From contig CAWGRW010000009.1 in assembly GCA_963825135.1 (NCBI GenBank), positions 2,528,001 to 2,592,000 on the forward strand: a stretch of 64,000 nt of DNA. The letters are read 5' to 3'. Positions 50,357 to 59,991 of the stretch are shown here, in pieces. The position numbers were made by a program, and so were the translations under genes. The stretch comes from an uncultured bacterium. Lineage in GTDB: Bacteria > Desulfobacterota_D > UBA1144 > Nemesobacterales > UBA2774. The notes under the pieces were generated by a model. The model was not told the origin of the DNA. It ran no database searches and saw nothing but the letters and a program-made list of their open reading frames with translations. How positions within the stretch are numbered: the first letter of the stretch is position 1; every line of letters starts with the position of its first letter.

Positions 50357-51136
50357 ATGAGCGGCGATAGAGAAAAGATACATCTGACGAAGATACTCGA
50401 CCAGTTCTCAAAACAGGCGGTCCCGTTCGCCGAGTTGCATATCCACATGGACGCGATGGATCTGCTCCTGGAGGTGTCCGGAGTCAATAACGGCGATACG
50501 GTCCTCGACGTGGCGTGCGGGCCCGGTCTCGTAGCCTGTGAATTCGCCCGGACGGCCTCCCGCGTTACGGGCATGGACATCACGGATGCAATGCTCGGGA
50601 AGGCCCGGGATCTGCAGAAGGAAAAGGGGCTCCGGAACGTTGAATGGGTACACGGAAACGCGAGTCCCCTCCCCTTCGGCAACGAGACCTTTTCTCTCGT
50701 CATAACCCGTTACAGCTTCCACCATTTCCTCGATCCCGAGGAGGCCCTCCGGGAAATGGTCCGGGTCTGCGGGCCCGGCGGTCGAGTCATGGTCGCGGAC
50801 GTCTGCGTCCGGGCGGAGCACTCGGAGGAGTACGACCGCATGGAAAAGATGCGGGACGATTCCCACGTGCACGCTTTGACGGAGCCTGAGCTCACGGGAA
50901 TGTTCGCGCGCTCGGGCCTCACGGAGCTGAAAAGGAGCGGATACGGGCTCCACACGGACGCGGAATCCCTGCTGAACGCGTCGTCGCACACGCCTCAAGA
51001 AAGACGGCGAATCCTGGAAATGATTACTTCCGATATATGTGTTGGTAATATCGGGATCAATGCGCGTATCGAAGGGGAAAAACTGACGTTTACATTCCCT
51101 ATCGCGGTATACGCGGGCACGAAAAGCATAGATTGA
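50357..51136 (+). CDS. Class I SAM-dependent methyltransferase
   Basis: VLDVACGPG, LPF, RYSFHHF, EMVRVCGPGG, RDDSH. Confidence 0.88.
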   Translation: MSGDREKIHLTKILDQFSKQAVPFAELHIHMDAMDLLLEVSGVNNGDTVLDVACGPGLVACEFARTASRVTGMDITDAMLGKARDLQKEKGLRNVEWVHGNASPLPFGNETFSLVITRYSFHHFLDPEEALREMVRVCGPGGRVMVADVCVRAEHSEEYDRMEKMRDDSHVHALTEPELTGMFARSGLTELKRSGYGLHTDAESLLNASSHTPQERRRILEMITSDICVGNIGINARIEGEKLTFTFPIAVYAGTKSID

Positions 51137-51171
51137 GCGGACCCGCCGGAGGTAATGCCGGTTGAGAAGCA

Positions 51172-51765
51172 CTAATCCGATATTTCCCGAAGGCGTCTGA
51201 TCAGGGAATCAGCGGCGCGGGCCCTGTGGCTTATCTTGTTCTTGAGCTCAGCCGGTATCTCCGCCATTGTCTTATTATATTCGGGCAGAAAAAAAACAGG
51301 GTCGTATCCGAACCCGCCACCCCCGCGGGGCTCCATCATAATGACCCCTTCGCGCCTCCCCTCCGCGGTTATCTCTTTCCCCTCCGGAGTGACGAGCGCG
51401 AGAAAGCATACGAACCTCGCCCTCCTGTTATCCGCGCCCTCGAGTTCCGACAGCAGTTTCGTTATATTATCGCCGTCGGTCGCGCCCTCCCCCGCGTACC
51501 TTGCAGAATAGACCCCCGGCCTTCCGCCGAGGGCATCGACCTCCAGCCCCGAATCGTCCGCGAGCGCGGGAATGCCCGAATAAGAGGCTATGGCGCGGGC
51601 CTTCTTGACGGCGTTTTCACGGAACGTTTCGCCGTCTTCTATGACCCCAGGCGGGGACGCCAGGTCGTTAAGGGACACTATGTTCCCGAATACGCCCCCG
51701 AGGAGCCCTTCAAACTCCCTGACCTTCCCCTTATTGGCGGTAGCGAGCACTATCTTCTCTATCAT
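51172..51765 (-). CDS. rdgB: Non-canonical purine NTP pyrophosphatase (RdgB/HAM1)
   Basis: ATANKGKVRE, ADDSGL, PGVYSARY, GFGYDP, KNKISHR. Confidence 0.96.
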   Translation of the reverse strand: MIEKIVLATANKGKVREFEGLLGGVFGNIVSLNDLASPPGVIEDGETFRENAVKKARAIASYSGIPALADDSGLEVDALGGRPGVYSARYAGEGATDGDNITKLLSELEGADNRRARFVCFLALVTPEGKEITAEGRREGVIMMEPRGGGGFGYDPVFFLPEYNKTMAEIPAELKNKISHRARAADSLIRRLREISD

Positions 51766-51784
51766 GGCTCCGTGCTTGTGAACA

Positions 51785-52507
51785 TCATTCGGCGAGGATT
51801 TCTTTTTGCCTGTCTATGAGCTCTTTTATTCCCTTTTCCGCCATCTTAATGAGCGAACCGAGCTCATTCTTCGAAAACGGCTTCCCTTCGGCGGTCCCCT
51901 GCACCTCGACGAGAAGCCCCGACCCGGTCATGGCGACATTCATGTCGACCTCGGCCTTCGAGTCCTCCTCGTAGTCGAGGTCGAGCGCGAGCCTGCCACC
52001 GACGATGCCGACGCTTACTGCGGCGATGAAGTCGGCAACGGGGTTATCTTCGAGCACTCCTTCCCTGATGAGGTTGAGCACGGCGTCCGAGAGCGCCACG
52101 AACGCACCCGTGATGGAGGCCGTCCTCGTCCCGCCGTCGGCCTGAAGCACGTCGCAGTCTATCGTGATAGACCTTTCGCCGAGCCTGTCGAGGTCTATCA
52201 CGGACCTGAGCGCCCTGCCTATTATCCTCTGTATCTCGTGGGACCTGCCCCCTATCCTCCCCCTCACGCTGTCCCTCGTTATCCTTTCCTTGGTCGAGCG
52301 CGGGAGCATGGAATACTCCGCGGTGACCCATCCCCTGCCCGTGTCCTTGAGAAAAGGGGGGAACTTCTCCTCGAAGGTCGCCGTGCACAGCACCTTCGTC
52401 TCCCCGGTTTCGATCAGCGCCGACCCCTCCGCGTATTTCATGATGCCTCTCGTTATCTTGACCGGCCTTAGCTGGTCCCATTGCCTTCCGTCATGCCGCA
52501 CGTTCAT
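51785..52507 (-). CDS. rph: Ribonuclease PH
   Basis: [41 protein letters not shown]. Confidence 0.97.
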   Translation of the reverse strand: MNVRHDGRQWDQLRPVKITRGIMKYAEGSALIETGETKVLCTATFEEKFPPFLKDTGRGWVTAEYSMLPRSTKERITRDSVRGRIGGRSHEIQRIIGRALRSVIDLDRLGERSITIDCDVLQADGGTRTASITGAFVALSDAVLNLIREGVLEDNPVADFIAAVSVGIVGGRLALDLDYEEDSKAEVDMNVAMTGSGLLVEVQGTAEGKPFSKNELGSLIKMAEKGIKELIDRQKEILAE

Positions 52508-52681
52508 ATGAATCTCCGTCGCGTTCCTTTCATAAAATAGGAACTCACGAAATTTTAACATATGACAATGTTCCGACGTTAACGGCTGAATAAAAAAAAG
52601 AAGGCCGTCGTCGCCTCCGGAAATAAAAAGTATTAAAAAAGTGAAATTAACATTTACAGAGTTTCGGAAAAAAACCGAAAT

Positions 52682-52821
52682 TGTCCGTTTTCAAACACAC
52701 CATACTGTCCGGAACGGAACAAATCGTCACTTTTTTCTTTTTAATACTCCAAACCGATATGAGAGTAACCGGCATTTCATTGGCGATATCGCGGATTCGT
52801 TATAGGTGGCACGGCGCTTGC
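52682..52821 (+). promoter_or_regulatory. Sigma-54 promoter with two upstream TGT-N10-ACA enhancer-like boxes
   Basis: TGGCACGGCGCTTGC at 52807-52821 matches the -24/-12 consensus; TGT-N10-ACA at 52682-52697 and 52706-52721. Confidence 0.75.
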
Positions 52822-52863
52822 CAATCACAACCGCAAAATCCCCGGACAAAAGAGGCACTCAAA

Positions 52864-53973
52864 ATGAATCGAAGAACCATTGCTGGTTTTATATGCGTTC
52901 TGCTTACATCTCTGCTCGTTATTATTCCTCTTTCCACTGATGAAGCTCTATCTTATCATCGCTCAAATACACACAGGCCGCCAAGTAGTCCAACTCCCAC
53001 GCCGGTGCCGACGCCCGTACCGACCCCCAAGCCGACGCCCGTACCCACACCGGTACCGACGCCGGCTCCAAAGCCCGTTACGACGATTATAAAGGCCGGA
53101 GACAAGGTTGTGGAACGCGGTCAGTCCATACAATCGGCCATCGGCGCTGCGTCAAGCGGACAGACCGTGTGGGTTAAATCCGGCACCTGGACCCTTAACG
53201 CACAGCTTACGATGAAATACGGGGTAAGCGTTAAAGCCTATCCGGGAATGGAGGCATACGATTGGGATACCGACACCATTAATCCGTCCCACCCGTACAT
53301 CATTCCGGGCGCCTGTAATTCATGCGGCATAAGGTGGGGGAAAAATCAGGGAAATAATGAGTTCTCGGGGTTTGAAGTTGCCGGAGGGTACGGCGGTATA
53401 GATATCCATGCCAATAACGTGATCGTGAGCGACAACTGGATTCACGATACCGACTATACGAGTATATTCATAGCGAGCTCGAGTAATATTCTGATCGAGC
53501 ACAATAAGACTGAGCGTGACGGACAGTACTGCTACGGATGGACGAATCCAAATGACGGCACCCTGATAAGCCCGCGTCACTGCCATTCCGTTTACTTGAG
53601 CAACATCCCCGGTTACTGCGGCATGACGAATGTTACGGTCAGGGAAAATTACCTGTCGGATTCGGGGGGCAGCGCGGTGAATTTTAACGGCGATGACTGC
53701 GCCAAAGCCGGCGGTCAGCTCATATCGAATACCCTGATCGAGCTCAATAAGATAGTGGATGTGAATTTAGGGCCTTCTCTCTGGCACGGCACCACGGGGA
53801 CCGTAATAAGGGGTAATAAAATCACGATCCAGCACCCGTATACGCCGCCTGGTTCTATTAACGATATGTCCCTCGGCCTGAAATGCGGGATCGCCGCCTG
53901 GGATGAAACCCCGGCAATGTCGGGCAATACCTTTGACCTCAGGGCCGATTATAAACAGACCTGTCTGTATTAA
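52864..53973 (+). CDS. Secreted right-handed beta-helix (pectin-lyase-like fold) protein with Pro/Thr linker
   Basis: Signal peptide, PTPV repeats (52991-53077), SIQSAI...VWVKSGT, repeated NV.V.DN.I strands. Confidence 0.75.
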   Translation: MNRRTIAGFICVLLTSLLVIIPLSTDEALSYHRSNTHRPPSSPTPTPVPTPVPTPKPTPVPTPVPTPAPKPVTTIIKAGDKVVERGQSIQSAIGAASSGQTVWVKSGTWTLNAQLTMKYGVSVKAYPGMEAYDWDTDTINPSHPYIIPGACNSCGIRWGKNQGNNEFSGFEVAGGYGGIDIHANNVIVSDNWIHDTDYTSIFIASSSNILIEHNKTERDGQYCYGWTNPNDGTLISPRHCHSVYLSNIPGYCGMTNVTVRENYLSDSGGSAVNFNGDDCAKAGGQLISNTLIELNKIVDVNLGPSLWHGTTGTVIRGNKITIQHPYTPPGSINDMSLGLKCGIAAWDETPAMSGNTFDLRADYKQTCLY

Positions 53974-54044
53974 TTCTTGTTTTGGCGGGGTCTATATAAT
54001 CGCCGGCCCGGCTATGTAGTCTTCCGGTAGATACCTGGAGGCAG

Positions 54045-54295
54045 GGTATATTGATCGTTGTCAGCTTTAAGGACCCATCCGTGCCTAAAACGGACGCGCC
54101 CGTCGATTATTTCAAGACGTTCACGAACCTCGCGAATAACCTTGCATACAGGTGGGGGCGGAATCCCTGAGCGCGCTCATGGGAGGGTTCCTCGCCGAGA
54201 TGCTTATTCCACTGCCTTTATTAACCCACGGGATAGTCGCCGTAGCGGGCGGATTGCTCCTTATCACGTACAGGAAGCCCCTGGCCCTCGATTAG
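54045..54295 (+). pseudogene. Possible remnant of a membrane transporter gene (MFS-like fragments)
   Basis: Manual translation gives ILIVVSFKDP...YFKTFTNLA in one frame and QVGAESLSALMGGFLAEMLIPLPLLTHGIVAVAGGLLLITYRK in another. Confidence 0.3.
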
Positions 54296-54358
54296 CCACT
54301 CCCGTTCGGGTCGTTATTGCCGCCGTCTTCCCGGGGCGGAGGCTGACCTCAAAATAAC

Positions 54359-54403
54359 ACTTAGGCATTGACATAAGTATTCGGCCATTGTATATTCAGG
54401 TAA
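54359..54403 (+). promoter_or_regulatory. Sigma-70 promoter with overlapping palindromic operator for the ArsR-SRPBCC pair
   Basis: TTGACA(54368)-N17-TATATT(54391); imperfect palindrome ACTTAGG-N6-CATAAGT over the -35 box. Confidence 0.6.
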
Positions 54404-54739
54404 ATGCCTAACAATCATGTGCAGCTCGATCGCGTTTTTTATGCCCTGTCGGACCCGACCCGTCGCGCCGTTTTGACACGGCTCAGCGACGGCCCCGCTC
54501 CCGTGAGCGAATTGGCGCGACCCTTCGACATGGCGCTGCCCTCATTCACCCAGCATTTGGGAGTTCTCGAGGAGTGCGGGCTGGTCCGCTCGCAAAAACG
54601 GGGACGGGTGCGTACCTATGTGTTGACGCCGGAACCGTTGAAAACAGCGGAACACTGGATCGAGAAGCGGCGCGTGCTTTGGGAGCTGCGCCTGGATCAA
54701 TTGGACAATTTCCTGATATCGTTAAAGGAGAAAAAGTGA
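54404..54739 (+). CDS. ArsR/SmtB family transcriptional regulator
   Basis: [14 protein letters not shown]...SELA.PF.M..PSFTQHL.VLE..GLV...KRGRVR. Confidence 0.92.
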   Translation: MPNNHVQLDRVFYALSDPTRRAVLTRLSDGPAPVSELARPFDMALPSFTQHLGVLEECGLVRSQKRGRVRTYVLTPEPLKTAEHWIEKRRVLWELRLDQLDNFLISLKEKK

Positions 54740-55239
54740 TGACTCATACAAAATTCAAACCCGATCCCGGGCTCGATCTCGTATTGGAGCGCATCGTCGA
54801 TGTGCCGAGAGAGCTCGTCTGGAAGGCGTGGACGACACCGGAATACCTGATGAAATGGTTCACGCCCGCACCCTGGATGACGGTCGAATGCGAGATCGAT
54901 CTCCGCCCCGGCGGGCTATTCCGCACGGTTATGCGTTCGCCGGAGGGGAAAGATCATCCGAATACCGGCTGTTACCTCGAAGTCGTCGAGAACGAGAAGC
55001 TCGTCTGGACCGATGCGCTCGAAGGCGGCTACAGGCCTTCCCAGAAGCCGAGCGACTGCCTCGCAGGATTCTTCTTTACCGCGAAAATCATTCTGGAGCC
55101 GCATAAAGACGGGACGAAATACACAGTTATTGCCCTTCACAGCAATGAAGAAGGGCGCAGAAAACACGAAGAGATGGGATTTCACGACGGATGGGGCACA
55201 GCCCTCGATCAGCTAGTTGCCTTTGTAAAAACACTGTAG
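54739..55239 (+). CDS. SRPBCC/AHSA1 (CalC-like) domain protein
   Basis: [35 protein letters not shown]; coupled to the ArsR gene. Confidence 0.9.
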   Translation: MTHTKFKPDPGLDLVLERIVDVPRELVWKAWTTPEYLMKWFTPAPWMTVECEIDLRPGGLFRTVMRSPEGKDHPNTGCYLEVVENEKLVWTDALEGGYRPSQKPSDCLAGFFFTAKIILEPHKDGTKYTVIALHSNEEGRRKHEEMGFHDGWGTALDQLVAFVKTL

Positions 55240-55370
55240 AGATCAAAGTAGGCCGCCGATCAGCCGCTTTCATCTTCTTCGGTTTTATCCCCTTCCCTTA
55301 CGACCGACGGCACGAACGGGACCGGCCGGGGTACGGCGGACATGCTATTTTATCCGCGCATGACATGTTT

Positions 55371-56939
55371 TTATAAATCATTTCCGGAATAAGACAAATT
55401 GAAACTTTTATTAATCAGGGGGAAATCGGGTACCACATTCCCCTTCCCCGCGTGACCCAATATGGTCCAGTTTATAAACGATGGGTCGCGCACGTCTACC
55501 CTGCTTATCTCACCGGCCGCATCCGTCGCTACAAAATAAACGATATCGCCCCGCCATCCTTCCGTCACTCCGACGCCGTAGCTGCTGCTCCTCAATACCA
55601 TTTTTTCGCCGGATTTTAGTTCGTTGTTCAAAGGAATGCTCCCGAGCGCCTGCTCTATAATATCCATGGAAGTATGCACTTCCTTGATACGCACGGACCA
55701 TCTGGCCCGCACATCCCCTTCTTCTTCCAGGACGATCTCAAATTTTAATTTGTCGTATGCCGCGTAGGGGTATTCAGCGCGCGCATCGTGCGCGATCCCG
55801 GTTGCCCTGGCGGCTACGCCGATAACACCGTGGTCGAGGGCTATCTGACGGTCGAGCTTGCCGGTGCCCGAAAGGCGGTTCAGGAGAGAGAAGCTGCTTT
55901 CGGCAATTTCAATCACTTCGTGAAAATCACGGTGTACTTTTTTTAGATCGCTTAATAGTCCACCGCTCATCTCGCTCGTGATATCCCGCGTCACCCCGCC
56001 GATCGTATTTATGCCCCGTAAGAAACGGTTTCCTGCAAGACGCTCACAGCATTGCATAATGATTTCGCGAAGACGCGCACCGTTACTGCCGCCGAAATTA
56101 TAGCCGGCGTCCAGCATAACGAGACCGATATCGCTCAAGTGGTTTGCCAGTCTCTCCAACTCGGAAAAAACAACTCTCAGATACTTTGCCCTTTCCGGAA
56201 TCTTAATGCCGGACAGGTTTTCCACGGCCTGACAAAATGCCAGCGAATGAGTGAACGAAGTGTCTCCCGAAACCCTCTCGGATAATCTGATCTTGTCTCC
56301 CATCGTTAAAACCTCGAAGAGTTTTTCGGCGCCTTTGTGTGTATATCCAAGCTTCGGCTCGAGCGACGCTATTTCCTCTCCGACGACGTTGAATCGGAAG
56401 TGCCCGGGTTCAATGATGCCGGCGTGCACGGGCCCTACGGGAATTTCATAAATTCCCATTCCTTCGACCTTGTGGAATTCATACGATGCGTGCGCCTGCG
56501 GCGGACGGTCCCGCCAGTTAAAATCTTTTCTCAGCGGGAAAACCGTATCAGGCCAATTTTCGTGAAGAATGATCGGCCGCGGATGGGGGTGCTTTGTCGG
56601 TTTTAAACCGAAAAAGGTCTCGATCTTCCTTTCGTAACCGGAAGCCTCGTGAATAGCTCTGGTGATTGAGGGAAAATTTCCATGGTCCGTGAGGGTTATG
56701 TAGGGGACGAGAAAAACATTCTCCTTCGGCACGCCAAACACATAATAGATCTTGAAACCTCCGTCTTCACTCCGTTCGTCCGCCGCGGTTATCGTTTTGA
56801 GCTGTAACGCGTGAGCGAAATAGAGCCGGTTGGCGATCTCCGGTATTTCATCAACAGGAACATTATAGGCAGCGACGTTGCCCTCTTTTCTCATCTCATA
56901 TTTAGCGGGAATATATTTTTCTATTATTTCTCGTTTCAT
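55371..56939 (-). CDS. Ehr/HyfG-like large subunit (NuoC-NuoD fusion) lacking NiFe-binding cysteines
   Basis: FPLRKD, VGPVHAGIIEPGHFRF, ERVSGD (replaces RxCGxC), EGWRG, KSFNLSYSGNDL (replaces DPCxxC). Confidence 0.9.
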   Translation of the reverse strand: MKREIIEKYIPAKYEMRKEGNVAAYNVPVDEIPEIANRLYFAHALQLKTITAADERSEDGGFKIYYVFGVPKENVFLVPYITLTDHGNFPSITRAIHEASGYERKIETFFGLKPTKHPHPRPIILHENWPDTVFPLRKDFNWRDRPPQAHASYEFHKVEGMGIYEIPVGPVHAGIIEPGHFRFNVVGEEIASLEPKLGYTHKGAEKLFEVLTMGDKIRLSERVSGDTSFTHSLAFCQAVENLSGIKIPERAKYLRVVFSELERLANHLSDIGLVMLDAGYNFGGSNGARLREIIMQCCERLAGNRFLRGINTIGGVTRDITSEMSGGLLSDLKKVHRDFHEVIEIAESSFSLLNRLSGTGKLDRQIALDHGVIGVAARATGIAHDARAEYPYAAYDKLKFEIVLEEEGDVRARWSVRIKEVHTSMDIIEQALGSIPLNNELKSGEKMVLRSSSYGVGVTEGWRGDIVYFVATDAAGEISRVDVRDPSFINWTILGHAGKGNVVPDFPLINKSFNLSYSGNDL

Positions 56940-56943
56940 GGTA

Positions 56944-58389
56944 TTAGTAATTTATTGTCGCTGAATGTAACAACGTCCGCATACCCTCCGGGATGAAAAT
57001 GCTGAAAATGATTAAAAGAGTGGCCAGAAGCATAATGGGGACGATTGTATCCAATCCGCTCTCGCCCTTTGCCATGGGTATGTCGCTGTTTCCAAACGTG
57101 ATCGAGACGACGTGCCGCAAAAAACCGACAAATACCAGGGCCAGCACCGATAAAGTAATGATCACGGTTGCCGGATGCGTATTAATGCCCGCCGACAATA
57201 TTGAAAATTCGGTTAAAAAAGTCCCGAACGGAGGAACGCCGGTGATCGCCAAAAATCCGATAAAAAACAGTATGCCGGTCACAGGCAGGACCGTAAGAAC
57301 GCCTTTCACATTTCTTATTTTTGTGGAACCGTATTTCACTAATATATTGCCCGCCGATAAGAATAGAACCGATTTTGTCAGCGCGTGGTAGATCATATGG
57401 AGCAGAGCCGCGAATGCCCCCGCGCCACCGAACCCGAACCCCAGGGCGACGATCCCCATGTGCTCAATGCTGGAATACGCCAGCAGCCGTTTATAGCTCT
57501 TTTGACTAAAGATGATAAAAGCCGCGACGGATATCGAGATGACGCCGAAAAATACGAGCAGCTCCCGGGAAAAATACGGGCCTATAGCTACATCGACAAC
57601 GGATTTGAACCGCAGAAGTGCGAGAAAAGCGACATTAAGCAATACGCCTGAAAGCAGGCTGCTGATCGGTGCCGGGGCTTTACTGTGGGCATCCGGCAGC
57701 CATGTATGCATGGGAACCAGACCGACTTTTGTGCCGTATCCGATTAAAATAAAAATGAATGCCATCTTGGCTATAAACGGATCAAGCGCTGAAGCATGGG
57801 ATAACATGTCGTGCCAACTGATCAATCCCGGAGAACCGGCATGTATGGACGGATAGAGGAAAAGGAAGGTGCCGAAAAATCCCAACAATAGTCCGACCGA
57901 ATTAATCATCAAATATTTCCAGGCTGCTTCAATCGCAGACGGCTTGTTGTAGAAGCTGATAAGGAACGCTGTGGAGAGCGTGGTCGCTTCAATCGCAATC
58001 CAGGTCAAAATGGGGCTCGTGGACATAACTGCAAAAAACATCGCCAGGAGGAATAAGTGCAACAGAATAAAATATTGCCGTACCCTGCTGAATCCTATGA
58101 TCCTTTTCGCCACCTCAAGTTTTAGATAGCCGGTCGAGTACCATGACGCCATGGCGCCTACGACTGCGACAAGCATGATTATGACCGCCCCCAGCGGGTC
58201 GACGAAGAAATAGCCGTTTAAGCGATATAAGCCGCTGCTCACGACCGAGGCGACCGTTACCAGCGTCGCCGCCAATTCCAGGAAAGAGGCGGAGACAGCG
58301 ATAAAGCTCAACACCCGCATATCTTTCTTCACAAAGAAAGATGCGACGGAGGCGATAATCGGTATGATGATAATTAAAAATAAGGCCAA
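56944..58389 (-). CDS. hyfF: HyfF-like antiporter-type membrane subunit
   Basis: EATTL, EAAWKY, GYGTKVGLVPMHTWLPDAHS, KRLLAYSSIEHMG. Confidence 0.88.
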   Translation of the reverse strand: MALFLIIIIPIIASVASFFVKKDMRVLSFIAVSASFLELAATLVTVASVVSSGLYRLNGYFFVDPLGAVIIMLVAVVGAMASWYSTGYLKLEVAKRIIGFSRVRQYFILLHLFLLAMFFAVMSTSPILTWIAIEATTLSTAFLISFYNKPSAIEAAWKYLMINSVGLLLGFFGTFLFLYPSIHAGSPGLISWHDMLSHASALDPFIAKMAFIFILIGYGTKVGLVPMHTWLPDAHSKAPAPISSLLSGVLLNVAFLALLRFKSVVDVAIGPYFSRELLVFFGVISISVAAFIIFSQKSYKRLLAYSSIEHMGIVALGFGFGGAGAFAALLHMIYHALTKSVLFLSAGNILVKYGSTKIRNVKGVLTVLPVTGILFFIGFLAITGVPPFGTFLTEFSILSAGINTHPATVIITLSVLALVFVGFLRHVVSITFGNSDIPMAKGESGLDTIVPIMLLATLLIIFSIFIPEGMRTLLHSATINY

Positions 58390-58393
58390 CGAA

Positions 58394-59053
58394 TTATTCC
58401 TCTTTTAAATGTTTTAGCACACTCACATTAAGCGAGCCGAAGTGCCGGTATATCATTGACGCAAAAACGGTCGCGATAACGACCCAGATAAAAATATCGA
58501 ACAGAATGCCCACTTGCAGCCCGGCAGTCGTCTCAAGCCCGGCCACGTACGCGAATGAAACGATGGCATTTTCCAATGACAAAATACCGACCATCTGGGA
58601 CAGTGCCCCTTTGCGGTTAATAATTAAAAAAATTGATATGAGCACCATCGCTATGGCGAGAGATAAAGCGTTTTCCTTGCCCGGAGCGAGAATAGTCAAC
58701 GGACCGAAAAAGTGCGAGTAGGAAAGCGCGGTTAATAACGCCAGGGCGACCAGCGTCATAGGAGTGTTCAAATAAGTGCTGACGGAAAATTGCAGCCGGT
58801 GTTTTTTAATGAGCCCCGAAAAGAAATACGGGACGATTATCACTTTGACCAAAAAAGTCGCCGCAGCCGCTATCACAAGCAGAAGTGAGTACTCAGTGAG
58901 GGATGAATTGAACAAAACGATAGCAATGATCAATGACTGTGCCGCATAAAGAAGTATTACCCCCGAATTTTTCTTGGCGATGTGCATAAAAACGACCGAT
59001 ACAAACAGCATCGTCTCAAGAAAAAACAATATTTGCGGTGTAATAGAAATCAT
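58394..59053 (-). CDS. hyfE: HyfE-like membrane subunit
   Basis: Multiple TM segments, VKVIIVP, SQMVGILSLENA, GILFD, C-terminal LKEE; operon position. Confidence 0.8.
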   Translation of the reverse strand: MISITPQILFFLETMLFVSVVFMHIAKKNSGVILLYAAQSLIIAIVLFNSSLTEYSLLLVIAAAATFLVKVIIVPYFFSGLIKKHRLQFSVSTYLNTPMTLVALALLTALSYSHFFGPLTILAPGKENALSLAIAMVLISIFLIINRKGALSQMVGILSLENAIVSFAYVAGLETTAGLQVGILFDIFIWVVIATVFASMIYRHFGSLNVSVLKHLKEE

Positions 59054-59057
59054 GGTT

Positions 59058-59984
59058 TTAGATAGTCAAACTCATAGCAATGATGCTTAAAATAAACGAT
59101 GTGAACAATAAATCCGGCAGTCTGAAAAACCTGAATTTGACGATAGTGGACTCCAGGACGGCAACGAATACGCTGAACGCAAGAATTTTTGCAAGAAACA
59201 AAATTAAGGCAAGCGGAACATCCCCGAGACGTCCCGATGACGACATCCCCCAGGGGAAGAATATATTTGCTCCCAATGCGAGGAAGATAAAAAACTTATT
59301 TGCCGCCGCCCATTCGATAAGCGCCAGTCTCTTTCCCGAATATTCCAGGACCATTGCTTCGTGGATCATGGTAAGCTCCAGGTGGGTAGCCGGATTATCG
59401 AAGGGGAAGCGCCCCGTTTCGGCAAGCATGGCGATTATAAACGCGGCGAGCGCGAGAGTTATCGGGGCAAAAGCGAAAAACGAAAACGAGGCGACAGCGC
59501 CGGAGATTGTAAAAAGATTCGTGGAATGAGCCGAGAACGCCGGGACGAGAATGGAGAACATCAAACCGCCCTCCGTTAAAGCGGCAACCGTCATTTCACG
59601 GCTTGATCCGAACCCCCCGAAAGCGCTTCCCACATCCATGCCGGCCAGGGCGAGAAAGAAAGTTCCAAGCGCAATCAGATATATTACGACCAGCAGGTCA
59701 CCGAGGACATTGATGGAAAAGATCGTGGTAAAGAGCGGAATGCTCGCTCCTATAATCACGGTGGTCGAAAAAATGAGATAGGGAGCGCATTTGAAAATCC
59801 AGGAAGCGTCCCCGCTTATCACCTCATCCTTATGGAGTAACTTCCACAAGTCCCTATACGGCTGAAATACGCTCGCGCCGACTCTGTTTTGGAATCTCGC
59901 TTTTATCTTTCTGACGACACCTATACACAGAGGCGACACGGCCGGCACGAGTGCTAATTGAATTGTCCAAATTATAATTGACAT
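59058..59984 (-). CDS. hyfC: HyfC/NuoH-like membrane subunit
   Basis: KIKARFQNRVG, QPYRDL.KL, GSSRE, AETGRFPFDNPATHLELTMIHEAMVLEYSG. Confidence 0.9.
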   Translation of the reverse strand: MSIIIWTIQLALVPAVSPLCIGVVRKIKARFQNRVGASVFQPYRDLWKLLHKDEVISGDASWIFKCAPYLIFSTTVIIGASIPLFTTIFSINVLGDLLVVIYLIALGTFFLALAGMDVGSAFGGFGSSREMTVAALTEGGLMFSILVPAFSAHSTNLFTISGAVASFSFFAFAPITLALAAFIIAMLAETGRFPFDNPATHLELTMIHEAMVLEYSGKRLALIEWAAANKFFIFLALGANIFFPWGMSSSGRLGDVPLALILFLAKILAFSVFVAVLESTIVKFRFFRLPDLLFTSFILSIIAMSLTI

Positions 59985-59991
59985 AGTATTT

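Noticed and set aside
55371..56939. Annotation as a functional [NiFe] hydrogenase-4 or formate hydrogenlyase
   Set aside because: Both Ni-binding CxxC motifs are absent, there is no cleavable C-terminal tail, and no hyp or fdh genes lie nearby.
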